A stretch of DNA of 61,379 nucleotides, counting the filler. It is 5 parts of 5 records of this genome, joined end to end, with 100 filler letters (N's around TTAATTAATTAA, not from the genome) between each part and the next. Parts side by side here need not be neighbours in the genome. Positions count along the whole stretch, not along the records: positions 1 to 15,698 come from SRR31156797_9774; 4 more parts are not named here. One strand, 5' to 3'. Below are positions 7,050 to 15,798 of this stretch, in pieces. The notes under the pieces are model-generated. The model made no database searches. It was given only the letters and a program-made list of their open reading frames with translations, and had not been told where the DNA came from. Positions within the stretch are counted from its first letter, which is position 1. Every line of letters starts with the position of its first letter. The translations under genes were made by a program, and so were the position numbers.

Positions 7050-8840
7050 TTAAATTTCATTTCCATTCGCTGATGAAATGAATTTGCACAGCTGATCCAA
7101 TTTTTCATCCAAATCAAGCACGCTAAAATCGGGTTCGTATTTTTCAACGTAATATTTAGCCACTTTAACTTTACTGGCGGTTCTTTCATCTTTGGTTTTG
7201 TTTTTTACGTATTTCAACAAATTCTCCCATTGCCCTTTGGCTATTATTTTAGACGCGCTCGGGTGTACGGCCTGGACACTCGCTTCTATGTTTTCAAAGT
7301 CCAGGTAATTCTCCACCTCACGGCCCTTTGTAACCCATGTGAAACCAGGACCTTTATTAAATTCAGCTTTGAGTCTATTTTTTGTTTTATTTAAATGTTT
7401 TTTGGGGGCTGATTTGTCGCTGTCAAACATTATCACGGAGTTCCTGTTAAGTTTTCTTACGGAAACAAAATCTTCTATTTTTTTTTGCAATTCGTCTTCT
7501 TCTATTTCGTCTTGATCTAACGCTGTTAAATGACTAAATAAACGACCACCATAGAACATGATGGAGTAATGAATCCCTTCAATCAAATCAGGCTTTTTTG
7601 CATTTAGCCAATAATTTAAATATATCCTGTCAGAAGGCCCTTCAACCCAAATCACACAATTGGCCTGCAAAATGTCAGAAGCTTTATATCCTAAATCATT
7701 ACATATGTTTGACCGTTGTCTCGTACTGTTGATGGCCGTGACTTTTGAAGCCCCGTTCTCCATAGTTACATGGAATATTGCAGCTGCTTCAACGCTATCC
7801 AGCAAATGAGCCGAGTGTGTTGTGAAAAAATACTGATTGGCTGTTTTTTCGGATAAATACTTTATCAATTTTCTTTGGAGTAAAGGATGAAGATGTAATT
7901 CTGGTTCTTCTATACATATGATAGAATTATTCAATGTCGTTGCAGCAGCTGCGAGAATAACAACCTCATGGACTCCAGTCCCTAACGATTCGAGGGGTAG
8001 TGCTTTGCCGTCCATATGGACTTGAATCATGTCTCTTTCATAGGGAATTTTAATTTTGGCACTTGGGTTCTCTAAAACATTTTGGACAAATGTGTTGATA
8101 GCATCGTATTGGTCTCTTAAATTCAAATTAGACAATGGTGGATCTTGTATCTTTGCAATTCTATCAATGATGCCTTCACCACTATAATCATTTGCTTCAC
8201 TCCCTGCACTTCCAATCTTTCTGATAGCAGGAATAACTTCGACTTCAGGAATTGTAGTCGGGATCGGTGCTATCCTTTGGAGTGTTTCTGGTATCCAGTG
8301 ATTCATTAGATCTCCACCGGATTGTTTTGTTAAATTTTTCCAAAGACGATGCCATTCATTGTCAGTTAAGATGGGCTTGACCTGTGTAATACTAAAGTCT
8401 AATGAAAAAGCATCTGTAAGACGATCAGCTTTGTATGCAAACCAGAGATTTTGTTCTTCGTCGTATAACAGATTGGATGAAAGTAGCTTTTTTAAAATTT
8501 CCTTCAGAGGGTCATAAGAGATGTCATTTGGGAATGTTTTCTTTATAACTTCAATAATTTCATTGTGAAAAATTGGAAAGGATATTTTGAAAGTAGCCCT
8601 TTTCTCCGAAATATGATGATCAACTTCTTGGTATGTATCCTTTGATTGCGGACCATGGTTTTTTCGAATTTTTGCCTTGTCAACAAAAGATGAATATTGA
8701 TAAGCTAGGAAGTTTATAATATTTGATTTCCCAACATTATTCTGACCAATAATCAAATTTATTTTCTGCAATGGTCCTATTTTGACCAAATCATCCCCGA
8801 TACTTCTATACCCGGAAAACCCAAACCCTTTTAGCAACAT
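7050..8840 (-). CDS. OLD-family ABC-ATPase/TOPRIM nuclease
   Basis: Walker A GQNNVGKS, signature LGTG, Walker B/D-loop IEEPELHLHP, H-switch TTHS, TOPRIM VEGPSD and FDSD. Confidence 0.9.
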   Translation of the reverse strand: MLLKGFGFSGYRSIGDDLVKIGPLQKINLIIGQNNVGKSNIINFLAYQYSSFVDKAKIRKNHGPQSKDTYQEVDHHISEKRATFKISFPIFHNEIIEVIKKTFPNDISYDPLKEILKKLLSSNLLYDEEQNLWFAYKADRLTDAFSLDFSITQVKPILTDNEWHRLWKNLTKQSGGDLMNHWIPETLQRIAPIPTTIPEVEVIPAIRKIGSAGSEANDYSGEGIIDRIAKIQDPPLSNLNLRDQYDAINTFVQNVLENPSAKIKIPYERDMIQVHMDGKALPLESLGTGVHEVVILAAAATTLNNSIICIEEPELHLHPLLQRKLIKYLSEKTANQYFFTTHSAHLLDSVEAAAIFHVTMENGASKVTAINSTRQRSNICNDLGYKASDILQANCVIWVEGPSDRIYLNYWLNAKKPDLIEGIHYSIMFYGGRLFSHLTALDQDEIEEDELQKKIEDFVSVRKLNRNSVIMFDSDKSAPKKHLNKTKNRLKAEFNKGPGFTWVTKGREVENYLDFENIEASVQAVHPSASKIIAKGQWENLLKYVKNKTKDERTASKVKVAKYYVEKYEPDFSVLDLDEKLDQLCKFISSANGNEI

Positions 8841-9021
8841 GATACTATCCTATAACAAATCAACAATTAACCATCCGAGCTGTGCAAGAGAATAACTTGC
8901 TCTTACGTTCGTAGTAGTCCAGCTCAATTTAACCAAATGAAGCCTTTTACATGATCTCTCCTCATCCACATTCTGCGTTGCAGAGCCTACCAGTCTATAG
9001 GGCCCCAGTGGCGTTACCTAT

Positions 9022-9282
9022 TTATGAAAAGGCTTCATTTATCTTATTACTTAATTGAGAGCGTAAGTCTCTATAGTCGCAAAATATCGACCCTGATCCA
9101 GATGCACCATTTCTATACATTATTGCCGCATCATTCCCGGTAACCAATATGCTTCCGCCAATACTCGGCAACTCAATCTTTTGACCGACTGGTGCAGATA
9201 TAATTCTGTCTGCATCTTTCTCGGAAAACATTAAGCTATATGTAACCCTGTCTTCGGGATCGAATAATTTAGTTGAGATCAT
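9022..9282 (-). CDS. Hypothetical protein
   Basis: 86-aa ORF, AAGGA RBS, co-oriented with the cI operon. Confidence 0.6.
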   Translation of the reverse strand: MISTKLFDPEDRVTYSLMFSEKDADRIISAPVGQKIELPSIGGSILVTGNDAAIMYRNGASGSGSIFCDYRDLRSQLSNKINEAFS

Positions 9283-9667
9283 TCCATATTCCTTTATTGA
9301 TCAATACCCCGCACAAGTACAAGACGGACTCAAAGTTCCATCATTGCACCGTTTATACTCCATTCCTTCGCCACAGCCACAAAGTCCTGTTCATCCGCAA
9401 CTGGATGCTCTCCCTGCCAAAGTTCAATATCTTGACTTATTCTTCCGTATGTAAAATAATAAGTTCTATTGATGGTTATATTTTTTAAAGATAAAATAAG
9501 GTCTAATATGAATCTCGAAGAAAAAGACCGTGTTTTAAATGCATTGAATAACGCAGCCCATGCAAAGCATTTGTTTTTATCAGGAGCCCCCCAGTGGGAA
9601 ATCCTGAACAAACTGAACTCATGCCTTACGTGGGCGTACCCATTGCTCGGAGTGGATCATCCCATGC

Positions 9668-9928
9668 TCAATATTGAGGACCCCGCTTCACGATTGCTTC
9701 TTCTGGACCACGAAGATACGAAGCGTCAGGACCCGGAGACTTAAAAGTCCAATATTCCCCGTTCCATATTACATCTGCTTTGACGGCCTTGAGCTCGTTT
9801 TGATAATACCCAACGCCTAAAGTATCATCAGGGTATACGTTGAGCACATAGCCGTCAATCCTTCTGGAGAACCCCCCACCTTTGCCTATTTTGATCCATT
9901 GACCTTTTTTTATTTTTGGACGATCCAT
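9668..9928 (-). CDS. Hypothetical protein (beta-rich)
   Basis: 86-aa ORF immediately downstream of cI. Confidence 0.65.
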   Translation of the reverse strand: MDRPKIKKGQWIKIGKGGGFSRRIDGYVLNVYPDDTLGVGYYQNELKAVKADVIWNGEYWTFKSPGPDASYLRGPEEAIVKRGPQY

Positions 9929-9979
9929 ATTCTTATTTTTTAAATCCTTTTTTCATCACGCAAACCGCTCTGCCCAAGG

Positions 9980-10729
9980 CTACCCCTTAAAACTCCGCCA
10001 CATCCAAATAACCCGGCCAACACAGAGCCTCAACCAGTCCGATTCCTTTACCAGCCTGGGTTTGTATGCTCGGTTTTCACTTGACAGCAAGAACCCCTGA
10101 GCCTCCTCAAACTTTCGAACATACTTCACAGCCAGGGTCTGAACCCCTGCGTCTTCTATGGCCACGGCAAAGATCTTGTCATCCACAAACTCCCGGTCAT
10201 CCTTGTCAATGATGATGATGGAATCCTTTGGGATTACAGGTTCCATAGAATCTCCGCCAACCCTGGCGGCTACAAGGTTGTGTTTTGCCCGATGGCCGAG
10301 TTCCGGGAGGTATACGATCACCTCACTACAGGGAGTTTCATAGGCCTCAAATGCGGAACCGTTTGACCAGGCTGCCAATCTACCGGATTCCATCAATGGA
10401 ACGCCTCGATACTTTGCTGCGTTCTGTTCAAGCAGTTCGGTTTCTTCGCCTGAGTTTGTTTGGACGATTAAAGGGTGGGCCGTTGGAGAAGGGGAGGTTT
10501 TACCTTCTAACAGCCTTTTCCCATGCTGGAGGAACTCAAGGTAATCATACCCTAAAAAGTTCGTGATCTTTAGCCTAAACGATTCTTTCATCGTTCGCCT
10601 GCCAGCAAGAAAATCATTTAAGTGTTTGACGTCAATACCTGAGGATGTAGCCAAAAAGGTTTGTGATCCTCTCTCCAAGCCACTCAAATAGTCCTTAACA
10701 GCTTTTCTAAAATATTCAGCAGTTTCCAT
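9980..10729 (-). CDS. Phage CI-like repressor (HTH plus S24 peptidase)
   Basis: N-terminal HTH (SQTFLATSSGIDVKHLNDFLAGRR); GDSMEP catalytic Ser; AVK catalytic Lys; LSSEN..Y; GRVIW. Confidence 0.9.
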   Translation of the reverse strand: METAEYFRKAVKDYLSGLERGSQTFLATSSGIDVKHLNDFLAGRRTMKESFRLKITNFLGYDYLEFLQHGKRLLEGKTSPSPTAHPLIVQTNSGEETELLEQNAAKYRGVPLMESGRLAAWSNGSAFEAYETPCSEVIVYLPELGHRAKHNLVAARVGGDSMEPVIPKDSIIIIDKDDREFVDDKIFAVAIEDAGVQTLAVKYVRKFEEAQGFLLSSENRAYKPRLVKESDWLRLCVGRVIWMWRSFKG

Positions 10730-10735
10730 AATTTA

Positions 10736-10820
10736 ATCCTATAAAATAAAGGATAAATAAAAACAATCCTAAAAAAAACAGGAAAAAGGCGTTGACTTTT
10801 CCATAAAAAAACAGGATAAC
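10736..10820. promoter_or_regulatory. Three operator palindromes and a rightward sigma70 promoter
   Basis: ATCCT-N9-AGGAT (10736-10754), ATCCT-N9-AGGAA (10766-10784), TTCCA-N9-AGGAT (10799-10817); TTGACT (10792)-N17-GATAAC (10815). Confidence 0.8.
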
Positions 10821-10840
10821 GCTTTCAAAAAGGAGCTAAG

Positions 10841-11086
10841 ATGAAACGAATACCAAACGGCATACTTCCAAAATTCGAAAAAAAAACAGGTATCCAGGCC
10901 AAATTCATTAGTGCTTATTTGTCCGACAAGGACCCTGCTAAACCAGGGAGAGAGCGCTGTATCATCCTTGCCGAAGCCAGCGAAGACCTAGGGTACAGCT
11001 TCACCGCAGCAGATTGGATGTTTAGTCCTGAAAAAATCAGAACCGCTCTTAGCGATCAGAAAAACCACCAAAAACAGGAACAATAA
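10841..11086 (+). CDS. Cro-like regulator
   Basis: Divergent from cI, AGGAG RBS, HTH-like FEKKTGIQAKFISAYLS. Confidence 0.7.
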   Translation: MKRIPNGILPKFEKKTGIQAKFISAYLSDKDPAKPGRERCIILAEASEDLGYSFTAADWMFSPEKIRTALSDQKNHQKQEQ

Positions 11087-11088
11087 TA

Positions 11089-11277
11089 ATGGCACAAGAA
11101 GTAACAATCACATTCAAGACCTCCGAACCTTTGGCCCGGCTCATTGAGCGAACCGCCTTTGATATCGACAAGAATAAATCTGAGGTTATCAGGGCCTGCG
11201 TTCTCTTGGGCATTGATACCGTCAGAGCCGTCCCCAGTCTGGTTAACCGTATCCAGATCGAGGACAGGAATCAATAA
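11089..11277 (+). CDS. Small ribbon-helix-helix DNA-binding protein
   Basis: VTITFK strand, helix, then NKSEVIRACV. Confidence 0.65.
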   Translation: MAQEVTITFKTSEPLARLIERTAFDIDKNKSEVIRACVLLGIDTVRAVPSLVNRIQIEDRNQ

Positions 11278-11426
11278 TATAAAGGTAATACCTCAGTATT
11301 ACACATGATCTGTACTCTACCTGGACAACAGCGCCCGGTTAAAGCCGTGAGCACGACACAAGGGGAGGATGGATTGAAAACAACCGTAATTGAAGATGGA
11401 GGTACGAAGATGAACGAAAGACTGGA

Positions 11427-11684
11427 ATGGATTACGGCGACAAGGACGGTAGCATAATGACGAGTCAGATCATCATGTTTGGAGCACTGGCTATCATTTC
11501 TCTGGTCCAGATTTTTATCCTTGTTGCCATCTTTATGAGTGTGGACTCCCAAAGACTCTGGTTAAACCAGTGTATTACTCGGCTAAATAAACTCACTCCT
11601 GAAGATTCTCAAGAGACGCAAGCTCGACTTCTGGCTCTATTTCCAAAAGAGGGCGAGGTAAGCGCAAAGAGTCATCAAGGCTGA
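11427..11684 (+). CDS. Small membrane protein
   Basis: One hydrophobic segment; start codon uncertain. Confidence 0.45.
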   Translation: MDYGDKDGSIMTSQIIMFGALAIISLVQIFILVAIFMSVDSQRLWLNQCITRLNKLTPEDSQETQARLLALFPKEGEVSAKSHQG

Positions 11685-11846
11685 AAGAAGGGTCCCGATT
11701 ACTTTAAACGGATGAGATAGGAATCCTTCAATGAACCACCTGGCTACGGAAGCCGTCCAATGGCGTTTTATGTATGGAAAAACTAATGAATCCGATCTGT
11801 ACTCGGCAACTTCTCCTTCGTACCAGTTTTTAATTTTTTCGATCAT
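11637..11846 (-). CDS. Small counter-oriented membrane protein (moron-like)
   Basis: IKNWYEGE..HWTASVARW then C-terminal TM helix. Confidence 0.55.
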   Translation of the reverse strand: MIEKIKNWYEGEVAEYRSDSLVFPYIKRHWTASVARWFIEGFLSHPFKVIGTLLSALMTLCAYLALFWK

Positions 11847-12069
11847 GGCAAGTCAAGAAATCAAAACGAGGTTCAAATGTCAACAGGCAAAATCAATAAG
11901 GAGGTGTCATACCAAATAAAACACGACCATTCGTAAAAATCACAGCCCGGTCCCACCCTTTGGCTCTGGTCAAGCATGTAACCAGGGGCCGGGCAACCAA
12001 ACCAACAAACAATAATGAGAGAGCTTCGGGCTGATTTGGCGATTAACCGCGAAGCTCAAGGAGAATGAA

Positions 12070-12204
12070 ATGAACAAGCGCTACCGGGAGTGGAACTTTG
12101 AGGAGGATGAAAAAGAGGATGGTCTCGTTTCGGCATTTTTCAAGGGGGCGCTCCTGGTGGCCCTGTTCTGGAGCGTGATGATTCTTTCGGCGGCATTCAT
12201 ATGA
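12070..12204 (+). CDS. 44-aa membrane protein missing from the ORF track
   Basis: AAGGAG RBS; MNKRYREWNFEEDEKEDGLVSAFFKGALLVALFWSVMILSAAFI*. Confidence 0.65.
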   Translation: MNKRYREWNFEEDEKEDGLVSAFFKGALLVALFWSVMILSAAFI

Positions 12205-12256
12205 TGCGGCCATGGTGTGAACCTTTAAAAATACAATAAGGAGAAGAATACAGAAA

Positions 12257-13291
12257 ATGAACTTAGGCCAAAAAAAAATTGAGAACTATCCCAAAATCCC
12301 TGATTTCAGAAGCGTTGAGGAGATGCAGGACTTCCTCGACCAGGAAGAGCAAAATGGGGCAATCATAATCCAGCCCTCAGACCTTACTCCGGTCAGCTAT
12401 TACCGCCCGGTACTGGAGCGTATCATCCTGCCGGCTGATGATGTCTACACGTCTCAGAAAAAATTTAGAGTCAAGTTTACTGGCCTTACAAAGCTCGGCA
12501 ACGCTGCCGGGGTTGAATGGCTGCCGGAAGAAACTTGCAGGACCGATAACCGGAGCGACAAGATGTATGTGTCCTTCAGGGCTGTGGGTGGTGTCCGGAA
12601 GAACGACGGGCGCCTTTATCCCGTCAAGGCCGAATACGATCTGGATCTGGAGATCATCCTGGAGGAAACCCAGGAACTTTATCTTAACAAGAGGACTGAC
12701 AAGTACAATAAAGGCAAGAGCGACGAAGAGTTCGCCCAATACGTTGAATACTGCACAAAGCGGGATATGATTCAGAAGCGCAAGCGCAAACTCACTCTGG
12801 CCGAGTCTGGAGCCAAGGCCCGTGTCCTTCGGAATATCCTGGGAATAAAGAGCCAATACGATCACGAAAACCAGGTGGTAGGCATGCCTTTTTATGTGGT
12901 CCGGTTCGTCCTTGACCATTCGAATCCCGACATCAAACAGCTTTTTCTCAGGGTGGCCGAACGCTCCATGGCTGGCCTTTACGGTGGTGAGCCAGCAACC
13001 GCTCTTCCTTCTACCACCTCTGTAACTGACGCAATCGAAGTTCCGGTCGATGATGATCCAGGTCCGGCGATGGAGCCTACGGGTGACTCCGGCCATGCGC
13101 CTACCGACCGTGAACAGTTCCTCGCATACGATGCCCAGACACAAGGCTCTATCTTAAATCAACTCGCCCAGAAGGTTGACTATGACATCAAGCATTTTTG
13201 CGAACAGGCAAACGTTACGGGGCCGGATCAGCTGTCCGAGGCAAAGCGAATTGAATTTTATGACTTTTTAGCGCAGGGGGTACCAGCATGA
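12257..13291 (+). CDS. Phage protein, putative single-strand annealing recombinase
   Basis: First gene of the recombination module; GLTKL...AESGAKARVLRNILG helix, acidic/Pro linker and small C-terminal domain (SSAP-like architecture; inference). Confidence 0.5.
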   Translation: MNLGQKKIENYPKIPDFRSVEEMQDFLDQEEQNGAIIIQPSDLTPVSYYRPVLERIILPADDVYTSQKKFRVKFTGLTKLGNAAGVEWLPEETCRTDNRSDKMYVSFRAVGGVRKNDGRLYPVKAEYDLDLEIILEETQELYLNKRTDKYNKGKSDEEFAQYVEYCTKRDMIQKRKRKLTLAESGAKARVLRNILGIKSQYDHENQVVGMPFYVVRFVLDHSNPDIKQLFLRVAERSMAGLYGGEPATALPSTTSVTDAIEVPVDDDPGPAMEPTGDSGHAPTDREQFLAYDAQTQGSILNQLAQKVDYDIKHFCEQANVTGPDQLSEAKRIEFYDFLAQGVPA

Positions 13292-13518
13292 AAACAAAAT
13301 CTTTGCTTGAACGATTATCAGAAAAACAGCCGCATCCCAAAAAGGAGATCCTTGTGCAGTTCCCCAGGGGCGCCGTTGCAAGGGAGCTTGGCGTGACGGC
13401 AGCCTATCTTGGCAACATTCTCAACGGGAACACTCCTGCAAGTGGCCCAATGGAAAAGAAGATTAACGCCCTTGCTGACCAGATCGAGGCAGAGCAGGCG
13501 AAACTGAGGAGTATATGA
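13288..13518 (+). CDS. XRE-family HTH protein
   Basis: RGAVARELGVTAAYLGNILNG; ATGA overlap with the upstream gene. Confidence 0.8.
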   Translation: MKTKSLLERLSEKQPHPKKEILVQFPRGAVARELGVTAAYLGNILNGNTPASGPMEKKINALADQIEAEQAKLRSI

Positions 13519-14732
13519 TAATGAAAATTTTGCATTCAGCGGACTGGCATTACAGAGACCGGGACCACGACGAGATACAGAAGTGTGTGGATTTCATGAT
13601 CGAATCTGCCCGGGAGGAGCAGCCGGACGTCATCATCGTAGCCGGTGATATCACGGACAGCCAGAACCTGAAACTTGACAGCCGGTCCGCTAAGACGATC
13701 TGCCGGCAGGTATCGGAGCTTGCAGACATTGCGCCGGTGGCGATCATCATCGGTACGCCTTCCCATGACGGGAAGTCTGCGGAGATTCTGCGGTTCATTA
13801 AGGGAAAACATACGATCCATGTAAGTGAAAAACCCGAGCAGCTGTATCTTGTAGGTGGGGGCCTATACACAGCAGACTCGGGCTTTAAGAGTGATACTCC
13901 TGTCGAAGCAGTAATCACCCAAATACCTACACCAACAAAACAGTTTTTTCAATCTGAATCTGGAATTGCCGAATCCGATCAGCAGATTGCCGAGGCTCTC
14001 AGCCACCTCTTCGGGGCCTTCGGGGCCATGGCCGGTGAGCACTTCTGCCCACATATTTTGTCCGGACACTTCCAGATGGGCGGCGCCTACATTTCCGAAA
14101 CACAGCAGCTTGTAGGGCGTGACATCGAGGTCAGCACCGATCAGATGGCCATGGCGAACGCCCATGTTGTTTGCCTGGGGCACATCCATAAACAGCAGGA
14201 GATGAAGGGGAACGTCTTTTATTCCGGTTCCATTTACCGGCAGAACTTTGGAGAGATGGAAGAGAAGGGATTCTATTACCACCAAATAGATCGGGTTGAG
14301 TTCGATCAGCACCTCCTTACATCGTCACGGTTTGTTCAGACTCCCACCCGCAGCCTGGTTAAGTGGGATGAAGATTTCACCAAGATCGCCATCGGTGAAG
14401 AGTTTGTCTTCAACAATGACCAGATCGTAGGGGCTCACCTGAAGCTCGACTTCAAGGTTTGGCAGGACGAGGCCGGACAGATTAACCAAGCTGAGCTTGA
14501 GCGTAAGCTCCTCGAGGCCGGGGCCGTCCAGGTGAACATTAATTTGATCCGGATTCCCAGGGAAACGGTCCGGTGTGCCAAGGTCCTCAAGTTCGATACG
14601 CTGAGGGACAAGGTCAAGGAAATGGCCGCGCTCCGGATGGAGAAAGTTCCCGAGGAGATCCTGGTCAAGGCTGACCAATTGGAAGCCATGAATGCAGATG
14701 ATTTAATGAAGGTTGTAGGAGGGTGGAACTAA
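13515..14732 (+). CDS. sbcD: SbcD/Mre11-like metallophosphoesterase nuclease
   Basis: HSADWH, VAGD, GTPSHD, SGH, LGHIH, YSGS motifs. Confidence 0.88.
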   Translation: MIMKILHSADWHYRDRDHDEIQKCVDFMIESAREEQPDVIIVAGDITDSQNLKLDSRSAKTICRQVSELADIAPVAIIIGTPSHDGKSAEILRFIKGKHTIHVSEKPEQLYLVGGGLYTADSGFKSDTPVEAVITQIPTPTKQFFQSESGIAESDQQIAEALSHLFGAFGAMAGEHFCPHILSGHFQMGGAYISETQQLVGRDIEVSTDQMAMANAHVVCLGHIHKQQEMKGNVFYSGSIYRQNFGEMEEKGFYYHQIDRVEFDQHLLTSSRFVQTPTRSLVKWDEDFTKIAIGEEFVFNNDQIVGAHLKLDFKVWQDEAGQINQAELERKLLEAGAVQVNINLIRIPRETVRCAKVLKFDTLRDKVKEMAALRMEKVPEEILVKADQLEAMNADDLMKVVGGWN

Positions 14733-15698
14733 TGGAAATACTTGGAATGAAGACAAGAGGAGCAATCGGATTCAAGAAAGGTTTCGGCGCGGATGAAGTT
14801 GACTTCGACCTCTCTGATCTTTCTGGCTTGATCGCCCTGGCCGGCCCCAATGGCCACGGTAAAACCACTTTTCTTGAATCTCTCTCTCCCTACCGGATAT
14901 TTGCATCTAGACCTGGAGCTCTGAGGCGCAACTTCTTTCTCCGGGATTCTTTCCGGGACCTTTCTTTTAAACTTGACGGAAATCTTTACCGCACCCTCAT
15001 AAAAATTGATTCTGACTCTGACCGTTCCGAAGGTTTTATCTGGAAAAATGGAAAACCCCAGGTGGACGGAAAAGTCACCAACTACGACCAGTACCTTAAA
15101 AAACTCCTGGGAACCCCCAACCTGTTTTATAATTCTGTTTTTTGTGCGCAAACCGCAAAAAAGCTCTCTGACCTGAAAACAGGTGAACTCCGGGAGCTAT
15201 TCGCCGAGTTCCTCCGTTTGGATCGACTGACCAAAAATGAGGAAACGGCAAAAAAGTGTATCGGCGTATTACAGGGGATGCGCTCGCAGGAAGAAAGAGG
15301 TGTTGAGGCTCTTGAGGACAAGATCAAGCAGTTCGGCGATATTGCCGGAAAGCTCGAAACAGCGGCGGCGGATGAGAAGCGGGTCACTGGGGATCGGGAA
15401 GCAGAAGAAATTTTTCTCCAGGAGGCCGTGAAGAAAATCGAGAAGCTGGAACAGACTCTGGCACAAAATGGGGTGAATACCGAACGGCTGAACGATATCA
15501 AGAAGGATATTGAAGCCATCAAGACAGAGATTGCTGGTAAAAAGCAGAAGCTCGACAAAGAACAAAAGGGGATTGACGAGGCGGTGTCCAGCAATGAGCA
15601 AGATGCCGAAAAACTCAAGGTTATCATTGCCCAAAAAGATAAGGTCCTGGCCGCTGCCGAGCGGGTGAAGGCCCTTGAAACTGATATCGAAATGCTGA
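14732..15698 (+). CDS. sbcC: SbcC/Rad50-like SMC ATPase (3' partial)
   Basis: GPNGHGKTT Walker A, NSVFCAQ Q-loop, then coiled coil; TAATG coupling; cut by the contig end. Confidence 0.88.
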
Positions 15699-15798
15699 NN
15701 NNNNNNNNNNNNNNNNNNNNNNNNNNNNNNNNNNNNNNNNNNTTAATTAATTAANNNNNNNNNNNNNNNNNNNNNNNNNNNNNNNNNNNNNNNNNNNN
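15699..15798. other. Artificial contig spacer
   Basis: N44-TTAATTAATTAA-N44 (stops in all six frames). Confidence 0.99.

Noticed and set aside
6195-8840. Calling the pair Gabija, Thoeris or PARIS
   Set aside because: No UvrD helicase, no SIR2/Macro ThsA partner, and the ATPase and TOPRIM are fused with a TIR neighbour
9385-9400. In-frame TGA as selenocysteine in the Cys-rich frame
   Set aside because: A second TGA lies 10 codons upstream, there is no start/RBS, and no SECIS was evident
9330-9744. ORFs 9330-9611 (-) and 9469-9744 (+)
   Set aside because: Mutually overlapping with no recognisable motifs; cannot decide which, if either, is real
12377-15634. Long antisense ORFs over the phage recombination genes
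   Set aside because: Shadow ORFs of strongly supported plus-strand genes
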